Positions 34,529 through 44,269 of a stretch of 46,966 nt of DNA are shown piece after piece; positions within the stretch are counted from its first letter, which is position 1, and each line of letters opens with the position of its first letter. Position numbers and translations under genes: made by a program. The stretch covers positions 1 to 46,966 of the forward strand of contig JBBRVL010000001.1 in NCBI GenBank assembly GCA_038246925.1. The letters run 5' to 3'. The notes under the pieces were generated by a model that searched no databases, was not told the origin of the DNA, and was given only the letters and a program-made list of their open reading frames with translations. The stretch comes from Chloroflexia bacterium (lineage in GTDB: Bacteria > Chloroflexota > Chloroflexia > QHBQ01 > JADMIH01).

Positions 34529-34604
34529 CCGGGTGTAAGAACTGCCGAGCGGACCACTACGTTATCGCGGAGCAACGTAAAGCGGACACCGAGACGGCGC
34601 CCGC

Positions 34605-34633
34605 TTGATTCTTGCCCGGACGCGTGATATAAT
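34605..34633 (+). promoter_or_regulatory. Second promoter-like element P2 (TTGATT-17 nt-TATAAT with a TG extension)
   Basis: ttgatt at 34605-34610 and tgatataat at 34625-34633. Confidence 0.5.
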
Positions 34634-34666
34634 TCCGCGTTCTGCCGGGAGAGGCAGATTAAAGGC

Positions 34667-34960
34667 TTGCTGAAACAGGGAGAAAGCAGCGTAATGCGCG
34701 ACAACAGTATGGCGCAGGCACTTGCTCTGATTGGGCAGCTTGGTTTCGCAATAGCGTGTCCAATGGTAGCCTTCATAGGAGGCGGGGCATGGCTGGACGG
34801 GAGGCTGAACACGACGCCGTGGCTGCTCTTCCTGGGAATCCTGCTGGGGGTACTTGCAGCCGCAGGCGCGCTCTATAAATTAACGACCGGACTTTCGCGG
34901 AAGAGCAGTGCAGCATCAACTGATGTTCCTTATAAGGTCGAAAAGGGCACTGAAACGTAG
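34667..34960 (+). CDS. AtpZ/AtpI-like small membrane protein of the F-ATPase operon
   Basis: Two TM helices with QALALIGQLGFAIACPMVAFIGGGAWLDGRL. First gene of the atp operon. Start is uncertain among TTG 34667, ATG 34694 and ATG 34709. Confidence 0.7.
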   Translation: MLKQGESSVMRDNSMAQALALIGQLGFAIACPMVAFIGGGAWLDGRLNTTPWLLFLGILLGVLAAAGALYKLTTGLSRKSSAASTDVPYKVEKGTET

Positions 34961-35081
34961 GGTACGAGTCGTGCTAACAAGCAGAAGCACAATGGGCGAT
35001 AGAAATCGTAAGGTGCCATCTGCCCACCGGAAGTCCGGTAGTTGCATTAGTCTTAGCTTCAATGGAGAAGACTCATAATCT

Positions 35082-36107
35082 ATGGACGTGGATTTCGGTA
35101 CAAAACTTCCTCCTATCAGCATCAAGGCCGAGCCTCTTTTTACGATTCCCACGCCGCTCGGTGAGTTCATATTCACGAACTCGATGCTTTATACGCTGAT
35201 CGTAATTGCCGCGATCACAATCTTTTTTGCCCTGGCGACCCGGCGTATGAGCCTTCGTCCTAAAGGCGCCCAGAACTTTGCGGAAGCGATAGTAGAGCTA
35301 CTTCTCGGTATCACCGAAGGGACGGCGGGGAAACGTGTGGGCCGTCGCATATTCCCCCTGATTGCTACTCTCTTTATCTTCATCTTGGTGGCTAACTACT
35401 CAGGGCTGTTGCCTGGCGTCGGCACCATCGGCTTCTGTGGTGAGGAGCATGGGGTGGCCGCTGAGCACGCGCAGGTCTCCACCGCTGAAGGGGCCCCGGC
35501 CGTAGCTCAGGAAAAGCAATCAGGCGGAATGCCTAAAGTAGATTGTGCCCCAGTTGATGGTAAGGAACGCGTATTTATACCCTATCTACGTGCCCCCAAT
35601 GCAGACCTCAACACTACTCTGGCTATGGCGCTCCTGGCTGTTGGGATAGTACAAATAGCGGGAATTGCTTCGCACGGTATAGGTGGGTATATCAAAGAGC
35701 TTACGACGCCTATTTTGCTGGCGCCGATTCACATCATGGGCGAGATCTCGCGTGTCATATCGCTCAGCTTCCGTCTTTTCGGCAACATCTTTGGAGGCGA
35801 GGTCCTTGTTACGGTCATGTATGCGCTGCTGGGTGGTATCTTCCTGGGGTTTGGCACGTTTATCTTCCTGGGTCTTGAGCTTCTGTTTGGCCTGATACAG
35901 GCGCTCATCTTCTCTATCTTAACGTTGGTTTACATCGCCACTGCCGTCGGTGGACACGGCTCTCACGAGGAAGCGCACGCGGTTCCTCAAGGTTCGGTTG
36001 AAGAACTCGGCCATAAAATTGCCGATACGATCACCGGACGGCATACAACCGGAGAAGATGTGCCGGGCACAGAGCCAAAGAGTGGGACCGAGCGTCACAT
36101 GGGCTAG
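35082..36107 (+). CDS. atpB: F0F1 ATP synthase subunit a
   Basis: NADLNTTLAMAL and the essential-Arg motif SFRLFGNIFGGE. Longer than usual (341 aa), with a loop insertion and a hydrophilic His/Glu-rich C-terminal tail. Confidence 0.9.
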   Translation: MDVDFGTKLPPISIKAEPLFTIPTPLGEFIFTNSMLYTLIVIAAITIFFALATRRMSLRPKGAQNFAEAIVELLLGITEGTAGKRVGRRIFPLIATLFIFILVANYSGLLPGVGTIGFCGEEHGVAAEHAQVSTAEGAPAVAQEKQSGGMPKVDCAPVDGKERVFIPYLRAPNADLNTTLAMALLAVGIVQIAGIASHGIGGYIKELTTPILLAPIHIMGEISRVISLSFRLFGNIFGGEVLVTVMYALLGGIFLGFGTFIFLGLELLFGLIQALIFSILTLVYIATAVGGHGSHEEAHAVPQGSVEELGHKIADTITGRHTTGEDVPGTEPKSGTERHMG

Positions 36108-36263
36108 GTCGTAAGGTAAAGGGCAAAGGGGTAACTGGTAGGTTCATTCAACTAGTGAGAATTGGGAGGCGTAACGCTTTCCGGCTCAGAGGAGAGCCAA
36201 GATTGGCGGCCCAGCGGTTGGGCAACTGATGATAAGACAGCTTAGACAAGGGAGGAACATTTC

Positions 36264-36545
36264 GTGGATCAACTATTGTTGAATATCGTGGCACAGACAC
36301 AAACGACCGGCGGCTTATCTCCAGAATCGGCCCGCCTGATCGCTGCCGGGCTTGCAATGGGCCTCGGCGCAATCGGCCCCGGCATCGGCCTCGGTATTGG
36401 TACTTGGGGTGCGACACAGGCAATTGGCCGTAATCCCGACGCGGAAGGACCCATTCGTACGGCCATGATCCTGGGTCTGGGCTTTGCCGAAGCGGTCGCT
36501 ATTTATTCGCTGGTTGTGGCCCTGGTTCTGATCTTCGTCGGTTAG
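36264..36545 (+). CDS. atpE: F0F1 ATP synthase subunit c
   Basis: GLGAIGPGIGLGI...RNPD...GLGFAEAVAIYSLVVALVLIF. The GTG start lies 8 nt after GGGAGG. Confidence 0.9.
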   Translation: MDQLLLNIVAQTQTTGGLSPESARLIAAGLAMGLGAIGPGIGLGIGTWGATQAIGRNPDAEGPIRTAMILGLGFAEAVAIYSLVVALVLIFVG

Positions 36546-36667
36546 GATTCTCGCGTCGCGCCCTGGCTTCTTCCTTGTTGTCCTGCTAATGGGCAACATT
36601 GGTGGCCGGTGGCGCACGCGAAATCTGAACCCGTCTGGAGTGATGAGAGCGGAAGGATTCCCCGTTT

Positions 36668-37183
36668 ATGTTTGATGCACTAGGTATACTGTGGGGCAAC
36701 TTACTCTGGCAATGCCTGGCGTTCGGTTTGCTGATTTTCCTGTTGTCACGGTTTGCCTATAGTCCCATCGTGAAAATGCTCGATGAGCGCGCAACCCGCA
36801 TCAGCGACAGCATACAGCAGGCCGAACAGATCAAAGCAGATAACGCCGCAGCCGCCAAACGTGCGCAGGAAGTTATCGCCGAGGCACAGCAGACGACACG
36901 CGAGATGCTCGCACAGGCCCAGCAGCAAAGCCAGCGCACGATAGCCGCGGCCCAGGCTGAGGCACGTGAACAGCGTGAGAAGCTGCTTACTGACGCGCAC
37001 GCGCAAATCGAGACTGATACCGCACGCGCAAAAGAAGAACTCCAGCGTGAAGTGGCCCGCCTGGCTATCATGGCTGCCAGCAAGGTAGTCGGTAAATCGC
37101 TGGACACAGAGGATCATTACCGTCTCGTAGATGAGGCCCTCGCCGACGCTGAGCGCGCTCGAGGTAATTTCGGAAAAGGCTAA
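36668..37183 (+). CDS. atpF: F0F1 ATP synthase subunit b
   Basis: A single N-terminal TM helix is followed by a long charged Ala/Gln/Glu-rich helix. Position in the operon fits. Confidence 0.85.
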   Translation: MFDALGILWGNLLWQCLAFGLLIFLLSRFAYSPIVKMLDERATRISDSIQQAEQIKADNAAAAKRAQEVIAEAQQTTREMLAQAQQQSQRTIAAAQAEAREQREKLLTDAHAQIETDTARAKEELQREVARLAIMAASKVVGKSLDTEDHYRLVDEALADAERARGNFGKG

Positions 37184-37261
37184 TGTTTGGTAGTTGGTAG
37201 CAACTGGTGACAAGAACGAAACAACAACTAATGACTAACAACTCGTGACAAGGGGCAATAC

Positions 37262-37801
37262 GTGGCACTAAGAGGGACAGCAGGAAGAAGATACGCTCAG
37301 GCTGTTTTTGACCTGGCAAAGGAACAAGGAACTCTCGACCGCTGGCTGAGTGATCTGAAGGTACTCAACGGCGTATTCGGGACCCCGGACGCCGTGTCCA
37401 CCCTTGAAGACCCAAAGATCACGGAAGAGGACCAACGCCGGATGGTATCCGAGCACCTGCCAAAAGGCCTAGTGTCGGACCTGGCTTTGAACCTGCTCCT
37501 ACTGCTAGTCCAGAGGGGTCGCCTTGCTCTCTTCCCTCGCATTTCCGAGCTATTTCAGGAGATGTACAACAAGGAAAAGGGCATGGTCGTGGCGGACGTT
37601 ACTACGGCCGTCCCTCTTGATGCGGAGCACCAGAAGCGTGTTGCCGACCAGCTTTCCAAGATCACGGGTGGTAAAACGGTCGAGCTTCGGCTGCATGAAG
37701 ACCCTCGCATCCTGGGCGGCATGATCGCAAGAATTGGTGATGAATTGATCGATGCAAGTGTTGCAACTCGCCTCGCTGACTTGAGCGACAGATTATCGTA
37801 G
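37262..37801 (+). CDS. atpH: F0F1 ATP synthase subunit delta
   Basis: RRYAQAVFDLAKE at the N-terminus and ILGGMIARIGDELIDASV near the C-terminus. GTG start. Confidence 0.85.
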   Translation: MALRGTAGRRYAQAVFDLAKEQGTLDRWLSDLKVLNGVFGTPDAVSTLEDPKITEEDQRRMVSEHLPKGLVSDLALNLLLLLVQRGRLALFPRISELFQEMYNKEKGMVVADVTTAVPLDAEHQKRVADQLSKITGGKTVELRLHEDPRILGGMIARIGDELIDASVATRLADLSDRLS

Positions 37802-37874
37802 GACCTGTGCGGCAGAATCAGGCAATAATATTTCACGCCAGAATATAGACTGAGAATTATAGAAGGAGATCGGC

Positions 37875-39410
37875 ATGACTCTACGAGCAGAAGAAATCAG
37901 CTCCATAATTCGTAAAGAGATAGAGAGCTTCGGGCAACCTGTCCGCTCGGTTAACGTCGGCTCGGTTGTTGAGGTAGGCGACGGTATCGCTCGTGTACAT
38001 GGCCTATCGAACGTAATGTCCTCCGAGTTGGTGGAGTTCGAGAGTGAGACAGAAAGAGGACGCAGCACCGTGATGGGCATGGCGCTGAACCTCGAAGAGG
38101 AGTCGGTCGGTATCGTGATCCTCGGTCCCTATACGGACATTCAAGAAGGCGATACCGTTCGCACGACGGGCCGCATAGTGGAAGTGCCTGTGGGCGATGC
38201 TCTGCTTGGTCGAGTAGTAAACGCTCTTGGTGAGCCTATTGACGGCAAAGGTGATCTGCCTTCGGATATTAAGACACGTCCCATCGAGCGCGTCGCACCG
38301 GGCGTCGTCTACCGCCAGAACGTAGATACACCTGTGCAGACCGGCATCAAGGCCATTGACGCCATGATCCCGATTGGCCGAGGCCAGCGTGAGCTTGTGA
38401 TCGGCGACCGCCAGACTGGTAAGACAGCCATTGCGCTCGATACTATCATCAACCAGAAGGGTGGCGACATGCTCTGCATCTATGTCGCCATCGGCCAGAA
38501 GTCGTCACAGGTGGCCCAGATCGTCGGCATCCTGGAGCAAGCGGGAGCAATGGAACATACGATTGTGGTGGCCGCAACCGCAGCCGACCCGGCGGCGCTC
38601 CAGTTCCTTGCCCCATTCGCAGGCTGCGCCATGGGTGAGGAGTTCATGGAAACGGGTCGCCACGCCCTCATCGTGTATGATGATCTGAGCAAGCACGCAT
38701 GGGCCTATCGCCAGATGTCGCTGCTGCTGCGCCGACCGCCGGGACGAGAAGCCTATCCTGGCGATGTATTCTATCTGCACTCACGCCTGCTGGAGCGTGC
38801 CGCCCGTCTGAGCGACGAGCACGGCGGAGGCTCACTGACGGCGCTACCCTTTATAGAAACGCAGGCCAACGACATCTCGGCCTACATACCGACCAACGTA
38901 ATCTCGATCACCGACGGCCAGATATTCCTCGAGCCAGACCTTTTCTACGCAGGTATTCGACCTGCAATCAACGTCGGTGTGTCGGTCAGTCGCGTGGGCG
39001 GTGACGCTCAGATAAAAGCATACCGCCAGGTGGCCGGACGCCTGAAGCTCGACATGGCTCAGTTCCGAGAGCTTGCGGCCTTCGCCCAGTTCGGCTCCGA
39101 TCTCGATAAGGCTACCAAGGCGCAATTGGACCGTGGTCTTCGCATCCAGGAAGTGCTCAAGCAGCCACAATACCAGCCGCTAAAGGTGGCGCAACAGGTG
39201 AGCATTATATACGCGGTAACTAACGGCTACCTCGATGATGTTCCCATCGACAGCGTGCGTGATTGGGAGACGCAGTTCCACGACTTCATGAAGAACTCTC
39301 GCCCGCAGATTCTAGAGAAGATAACCGCAGATAAAATGATCAGCGACGAAACAACTGAGACATTGAAGGCTGCTATTGTGGACTTCAAGAAGACCGTCAA
39401 CTTCCAATAA
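37875..39410 (+). CDS. atpA: F0F1 ATP synthase subunit alpha
   Basis: Walker A motif [20 protein letters not shown]. Length 511 aa. Confidence 0.95.
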   Translation: MTLRAEEISSIIRKEIESFGQPVRSVNVGSVVEVGDGIARVHGLSNVMSSELVEFESETERGRSTVMGMALNLEEESVGIVILGPYTDIQEGDTVRTTGRIVEVPVGDALLGRVVNALGEPIDGKGDLPSDIKTRPIERVAPGVVYRQNVDTPVQTGIKAIDAMIPIGRGQRELVIGDRQTGKTAIALDTIINQKGGDMLCIYVAIGQKSSQVAQIVGILEQAGAMEHTIVVAATAADPAALQFLAPFAGCAMGEEFMETGRHALIVYDDLSKHAWAYRQMSLLLRRPPGREAYPGDVFYLHSRLLERAARLSDEHGGGSLTALPFIETQANDISAYIPTNVISITDGQIFLEPDLFYAGIRPAINVGVSVSRVGGDAQIKAYRQVAGRLKLDMAQFRELAAFAQFGSDLDKATKAQLDRGLRIQEVLKQPQYQPLKVAQQVSIIYAVTNGYLDDVPIDSVRDWETQFHDFMKNSRPQILEKITADKMISDETTETLKAAIVDFKKTVNFQ

Positions 39411-39459
39411 TTACTATCGCGCGGGAAAGTACCAAGCAGCCCGCGCCGGAAAGCCTGAT

Positions 39460-40368
39460 ATGCCAAGCACAAGAGACATTCGCCGCCGCATCAAGTCGGC
39501 AAAGAACATATCGCAGATCACCCGCGCAATGGAAATGGTCGCGGCATCCCGCATGAGGCGCGCCCAGCAGGCGGTGGTTGCAGGCCGCCCGTATGCAGAA
39601 AAGATCGCATCGGTTATTTCCAACCTCTCCGCCCGTCTCGCCGCGTCGGATGATGACTTACACCCGCTGTTGCAGACCCGCCCGATCAAGAAAGCCACCG
39701 TCGTTATGATTACTGCGGACAAAGGGCTGGCGGGTGCGCTCAACACTAACATTATCAGGCGAACGACTCGTTTTATCCTGAACGAGGCAAATGCGGACGT
39801 CAACATAGTAGCTGTGGGCCGCAAGGGGCGCGATTTCATGCTTCGCTACGGACGGCCCATGGTCGCTGAATTTACCAACCTGGGGGATGCTCCTGGCCTG
39901 GCAGACATCCGTGCCATTGCTCGCGTCGCCGCCGATGAGTATACGTCGGGCCGCGCCGACGCTGTATATATCGTCTACACCGACTTCGTGAACACACTTA
40001 TTCAGAAGCCGACCCTCTACCGTCTACTGCCTACGGATGTGCGCCTTGCCGGGGAAGAGGGAACGTTGCCCGGCGACAATCAGGTAGAGCCGCCATCCGA
40101 CAATGCTGTCGAGTATATATATGAGCCTAGCGAGCGTGAAGTGCTGGCGCAACTTGTACCGCGTTACATCGAAGTCCGTCTCTATCAAGCGCTGCTGGAG
40201 CATCTCGCGTCCGAACATAGCGCTCGTATGGTTGCCATGCGTAACGCCACCCAGAGCGCGAAGGACATGATCCAGGACCTGACCCTGGCCTACAACAAGC
40301 TGCGCCAGGCCAATATCACAAGGGAAATCATCGAAGTATCAAGCGGAGCGTCGGCACTGACAGGGTAG
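39460..40368 (+). CDS. atpG: F0F1 ATP synthase subunit gamma
   Basis: MPSTRDIRRRIKSAKNISQITRAMEMVAASRMRRAQ matches the canonical gamma N-terminus. The tracked 39376 start overlaps atpA. Confidence 0.9.
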   Translation: MPSTRDIRRRIKSAKNISQITRAMEMVAASRMRRAQQAVVAGRPYAEKIASVISNLSARLAASDDDLHPLLQTRPIKKATVVMITADKGLAGALNTNIIRRTTRFILNEANADVNIVAVGRKGRDFMLRYGRPMVAEFTNLGDAPGLADIRAIARVAADEYTSGRADAVYIVYTDFVNTLIQKPTLYRLLPTDVRLAGEEGTLPGDNQVEPPSDNAVEYIYEPSEREVLAQLVPRYIEVRLYQALLEHLASEHSARMVAMRNATQSAKDMIQDLTLAYNKLRQANITREIIEVSSGASALTG

Positions 40369-40423
40369 TTCCACCCCGCCCAACTAGACCGTCTTACCAG
40401 AGTAACAGAGGCAACCACTAATT

Positions 40424-40909
40424 ATGGCCCAAGTTTATCACCCAAAGAAGATGTCAACCAAGTTGTTGGAGGGGGCAGTCGCGGGACTGCTCGGAGGGGC
40501 GGTTGTCGCATTATTGATGATGATATGGGATGGCCTGGTCTATGGCAACTGGTTTCTCACTTCTAATGCTCTCGGCTGGCTTGCAACAGGCACTCCAAAC
40601 CAGAGCATGACTTCGACGTTGATTGGGCTGTTGATCCACTTCCTGCTCTTCGCCCTGATCGGACTTGGTTTTGTACAGTACCTGCCCCTCTTTCGGCGCT
40701 TCAAAATCAACCCTATTCTGGGAGGCGCGATCTACGGGGCAATCATAGGGCTGCTGATATTCTTTGTCTTCCTCAATGCGATCAAGCCCGACATTATAAA
40801 AACTATTGATAACAAGGCACTATTAGTAGCAAGCGCGATAGGTGGGTCGGTAATCGGCTGGTGGCTCAGCAGACCTGCTCCGGACACTACAACTGAAGCA
40901 CAAAGTTAG
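40424..40909 (+). CDS. Hypothetical 4-TM membrane protein encoded between atpG and atpD
   Basis: 161 aa with four clear hydrophobic segments. Same strand as the operon, with 55-nt and 28-nt gaps to its neighbours. No family recognised. An alternative start lies at 40451. Confidence 0.55.
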   Translation: MAQVYHPKKMSTKLLEGAVAGLLGGAVVALLMMIWDGLVYGNWFLTSNALGWLATGTPNQSMTSTLIGLLIHFLLFALIGLGFVQYLPLFRRFKINPILGGAIYGAIIGLLIFFVFLNAIKPDIIKTIDNKALLVASAIGGSVIGWWLSRPAPDTTTEAQS

Positions 40910-40937
40910 CATCCATTTAGACTAGAGGAGTCAATAA

Positions 40938-42362
<1,425 letters not shown>

Positions 42363-42473
42363 GCAGGGCGGACACACGGGTCCGCCCCTACGTAAAGCTG
42401 ACCCTGGCTATAGCAGAACGTAAAACTGGTGACGAGGCCGCATCCTGGTGTGGCCTCGAACCGCGTATAGATG

Positions 42474-42649
42474 CAGGGCTGATGCAAAGTCGGAGACTGC
42501 GTACCGAGCCAGGAGTGTCATTCTGAACGAAGTGAAGAATCAGTCTCCTTAAGACTCACTCCCCCGTAGTGATTCTTCACTTCGTTCAGAATGACAAAAT
42601 ATAGTGGGTTCGCGTCCTTGAAATCTACTCTGACTTTGCATCAGCCCTG
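42474..42649. repeat. Nested perfect palindromic element in the atpD-atpC spacer (non-coding, MITE/REP-like)
   Basis: The outer 18-bp arms at 42474-42491 and 42632-42649 are perfect reverse complements. So are the inner 26-bp arms at 42517-42542 and 42570-42595. Confidence 0.9.
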
Positions 42650-42687
42650 GTAGAAGAGCTAAGAGGCTACGCTCATCGGGCTTAGTT

Positions 42688-42696
42688 TGATATAAT
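42688..42696 (+). promoter_or_regulatory. Extended -10 element (TGaTATAAT) upstream of atpC
   Basis: tgatataat at 42688-42696, about 40 nt before the atpC ATG at 42737. Confidence 0.4.
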
Positions 42697-42736
42697 GGGC
42701 GGAATCTGCATTAATGAGGGAAGCGAGGTCTATGGT

Positions 42737-43165
42737 ATGCCACTCAAATTGGAAATTGTCACCGCAGAGCGACTGGTGCTCGCGGACGAGAACATCGATA
42801 TGGTAGTTGCGCCGTCAGTGGATGGTGAAGTAGGTATTCTGCCGCATCACGCACCACTGATCGCGGTCCTCCAGATTGGAGAGCTACGAGTTAAGAAAGG
42901 GGCCGACGAGCAAAGTATTGTTGTTGCGGGTGGGTTTATGGAAGTGCTCGACGACAAGGTGACGATTCTCGCGGATACAGCCGAGCGCTCCGAGGAGATC
43001 GATGTTGCTGCGGCAGAGCAGGCTCGCACACGAGCGCAGGAAGCTCTCACAAACAAGGACGCGGGCCAGGCCGATCTCGAAATGGCACAGGCGGCGATGA
43101 GGTTGGCGTCGCTCAGATTGCGGGTTGGACAGCGCCGTCGGCGTAACAGACCCGAGGAGGGCTAA
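42737..43165 (+). CDS. atpC: F0F1 ATP synthase subunit epsilon
   Basis: MPLKLEIVTAERLV...GILPHHAPLI. The ATG at 42737 follows GAGGT. The tracked ATG at 42695 lies inside the -10 element. Confidence 0.9.
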   Translation: MPLKLEIVTAERLVLADENIDMVVAPSVDGEVGILPHHAPLIAVLQIGELRVKKGADEQSIVVAGGFMEVLDDKVTILADTAERSEEIDVAAAEQARTRAQEALTNKDAGQADLEMAQAAMRLASLRLRVGQRRRRNRPEEG

Positions 43166-44176
43166 TTGTTCTCTCGCTCTATTGGTATAGACCTGGGAAC
43201 CGCCAATGTCCTGGTATTTGTCAAAGGTAAGGGAATCGTCCTGAACGAGCCGTCTGTTGTGGCGATCTCAACCAAGGATGGACGTGTGAAGGCGGTTGGA
43301 AGGGCTGCGTATGATATGCTTGGGCGTACTCCTGACACAGTTGAAGTGGTAAGACCCCTCCAGAATGGCGTTATTTCCGACTATCTTGTGACTGAGGCGA
43401 TGCTCAAGGCGTTCATCGCTCGCGCCGTTGGTCGGTTCAGTATGTTCAAGCCGAAGGTCATGATTTGCATACCCGCCGGTGTCACGAGCGTTGAGCGCCG
43501 CGCTGTGCGTGACGCGGCGATGCAGGCAGGAGCGCAGGAGGTCTTCCTGATAGGTGAGCCGCTTGCCGCCGCCATAGGCGCCCGCATTCCAGTCGACTCG
43601 CCCACCGGCAGTATGATAGTTGACATTGGTGGCGGTACGACCGAGATCGCGGTTATCGCGCTCAATGGTATTGTAGAGAAAGCCTCACTAAGAGTGGGCG
43701 GAGATAAGCTCGACCAGGCTATTGTATCTTACATAAAACGCAAGTATAATCTGCTGATAGGAGACCGTACCGCTGAGGAGCTAAAGATACGAATCGGCAG
43801 TGCGTTACCGCTCGATCCGGCTGAAGAACTGACGATGGAAGTACGTGGACGTGACCAGGTGGCGGGCCTCCCGAGAACCATTGAAGTACGTACGAACGAG
43901 GTAGTTGAAGCGATTACCGAGCCTCTCGAGCAGATAGTAGGTGCGGTTCGGAAGGTGCTTGAGCGGACGCCACCGGAGCTGGCATCCGATATCATCGACC
44001 GGGGCATGGTTATGACAGGCGGAGGCGCTCTGGTGAAGCACATCGATGAACTGCTAACCCAGGTCACCGGCATACCTTGTTTCGTTGCGGACAATCCGTT
44101 GGCCTGTGTGGCCCTGGGCACCGGCATGGCGTTGGAGAACCTGGAAGTTCTGAGAGACTCTTTGTCGGACGACTAA
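43166..44176 (+). CDS. mreB: Rod shape-determining protein MreB
   Basis: [18 protein letters not shown]...[14 protein letters not shown]...MTGGGALV. The TTG start immediately follows the atpC TAA stop. Confidence 0.9.
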   Translation: MFSRSIGIDLGTANVLVFVKGKGIVLNEPSVVAISTKDGRVKAVGRAAYDMLGRTPDTVEVVRPLQNGVISDYLVTEAMLKAFIARAVGRFSMFKPKVMICIPAGVTSVERRAVRDAAMQAGAQEVFLIGEPLAAAIGARIPVDSPTGSMIVDIGGGTTEIAVIALNGIVEKASLRVGGDKLDQAIVSYIKRKYNLLIGDRTAEELKIRIGSALPLDPAEELTMEVRGRDQVAGLPRTIEVRTNEVVEAITEPLEQIVGAVRKVLERTPPELASDIIDRGMVMTGGGALVKHIDELLTQVTGIPCFVADNPLACVALGTGMALENLEVLRDSLSDD

Positions 44177-44269
44177 ACTTCGCCGCGAACACTCGTTATG
44201 GTGTCGTTTAGCGACTATTGTGGTATGATTTCTGGTGTTTACTTGCGCGTAGTCTAAAGGAGGAGAGAA

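Noticed and set aside
42695-42736. ATG at 42695 as the atpC start (tracked ORF 42695..43165)
   Set aside because: This ATG overlaps the -10-like hexamer, and the added MGGICINEGSEVYG has no counterpart in epsilon subunits. The ATG at 42737 gives the canonical MPLKLEIV N-terminus with a Shine-Dalgarno sequence.
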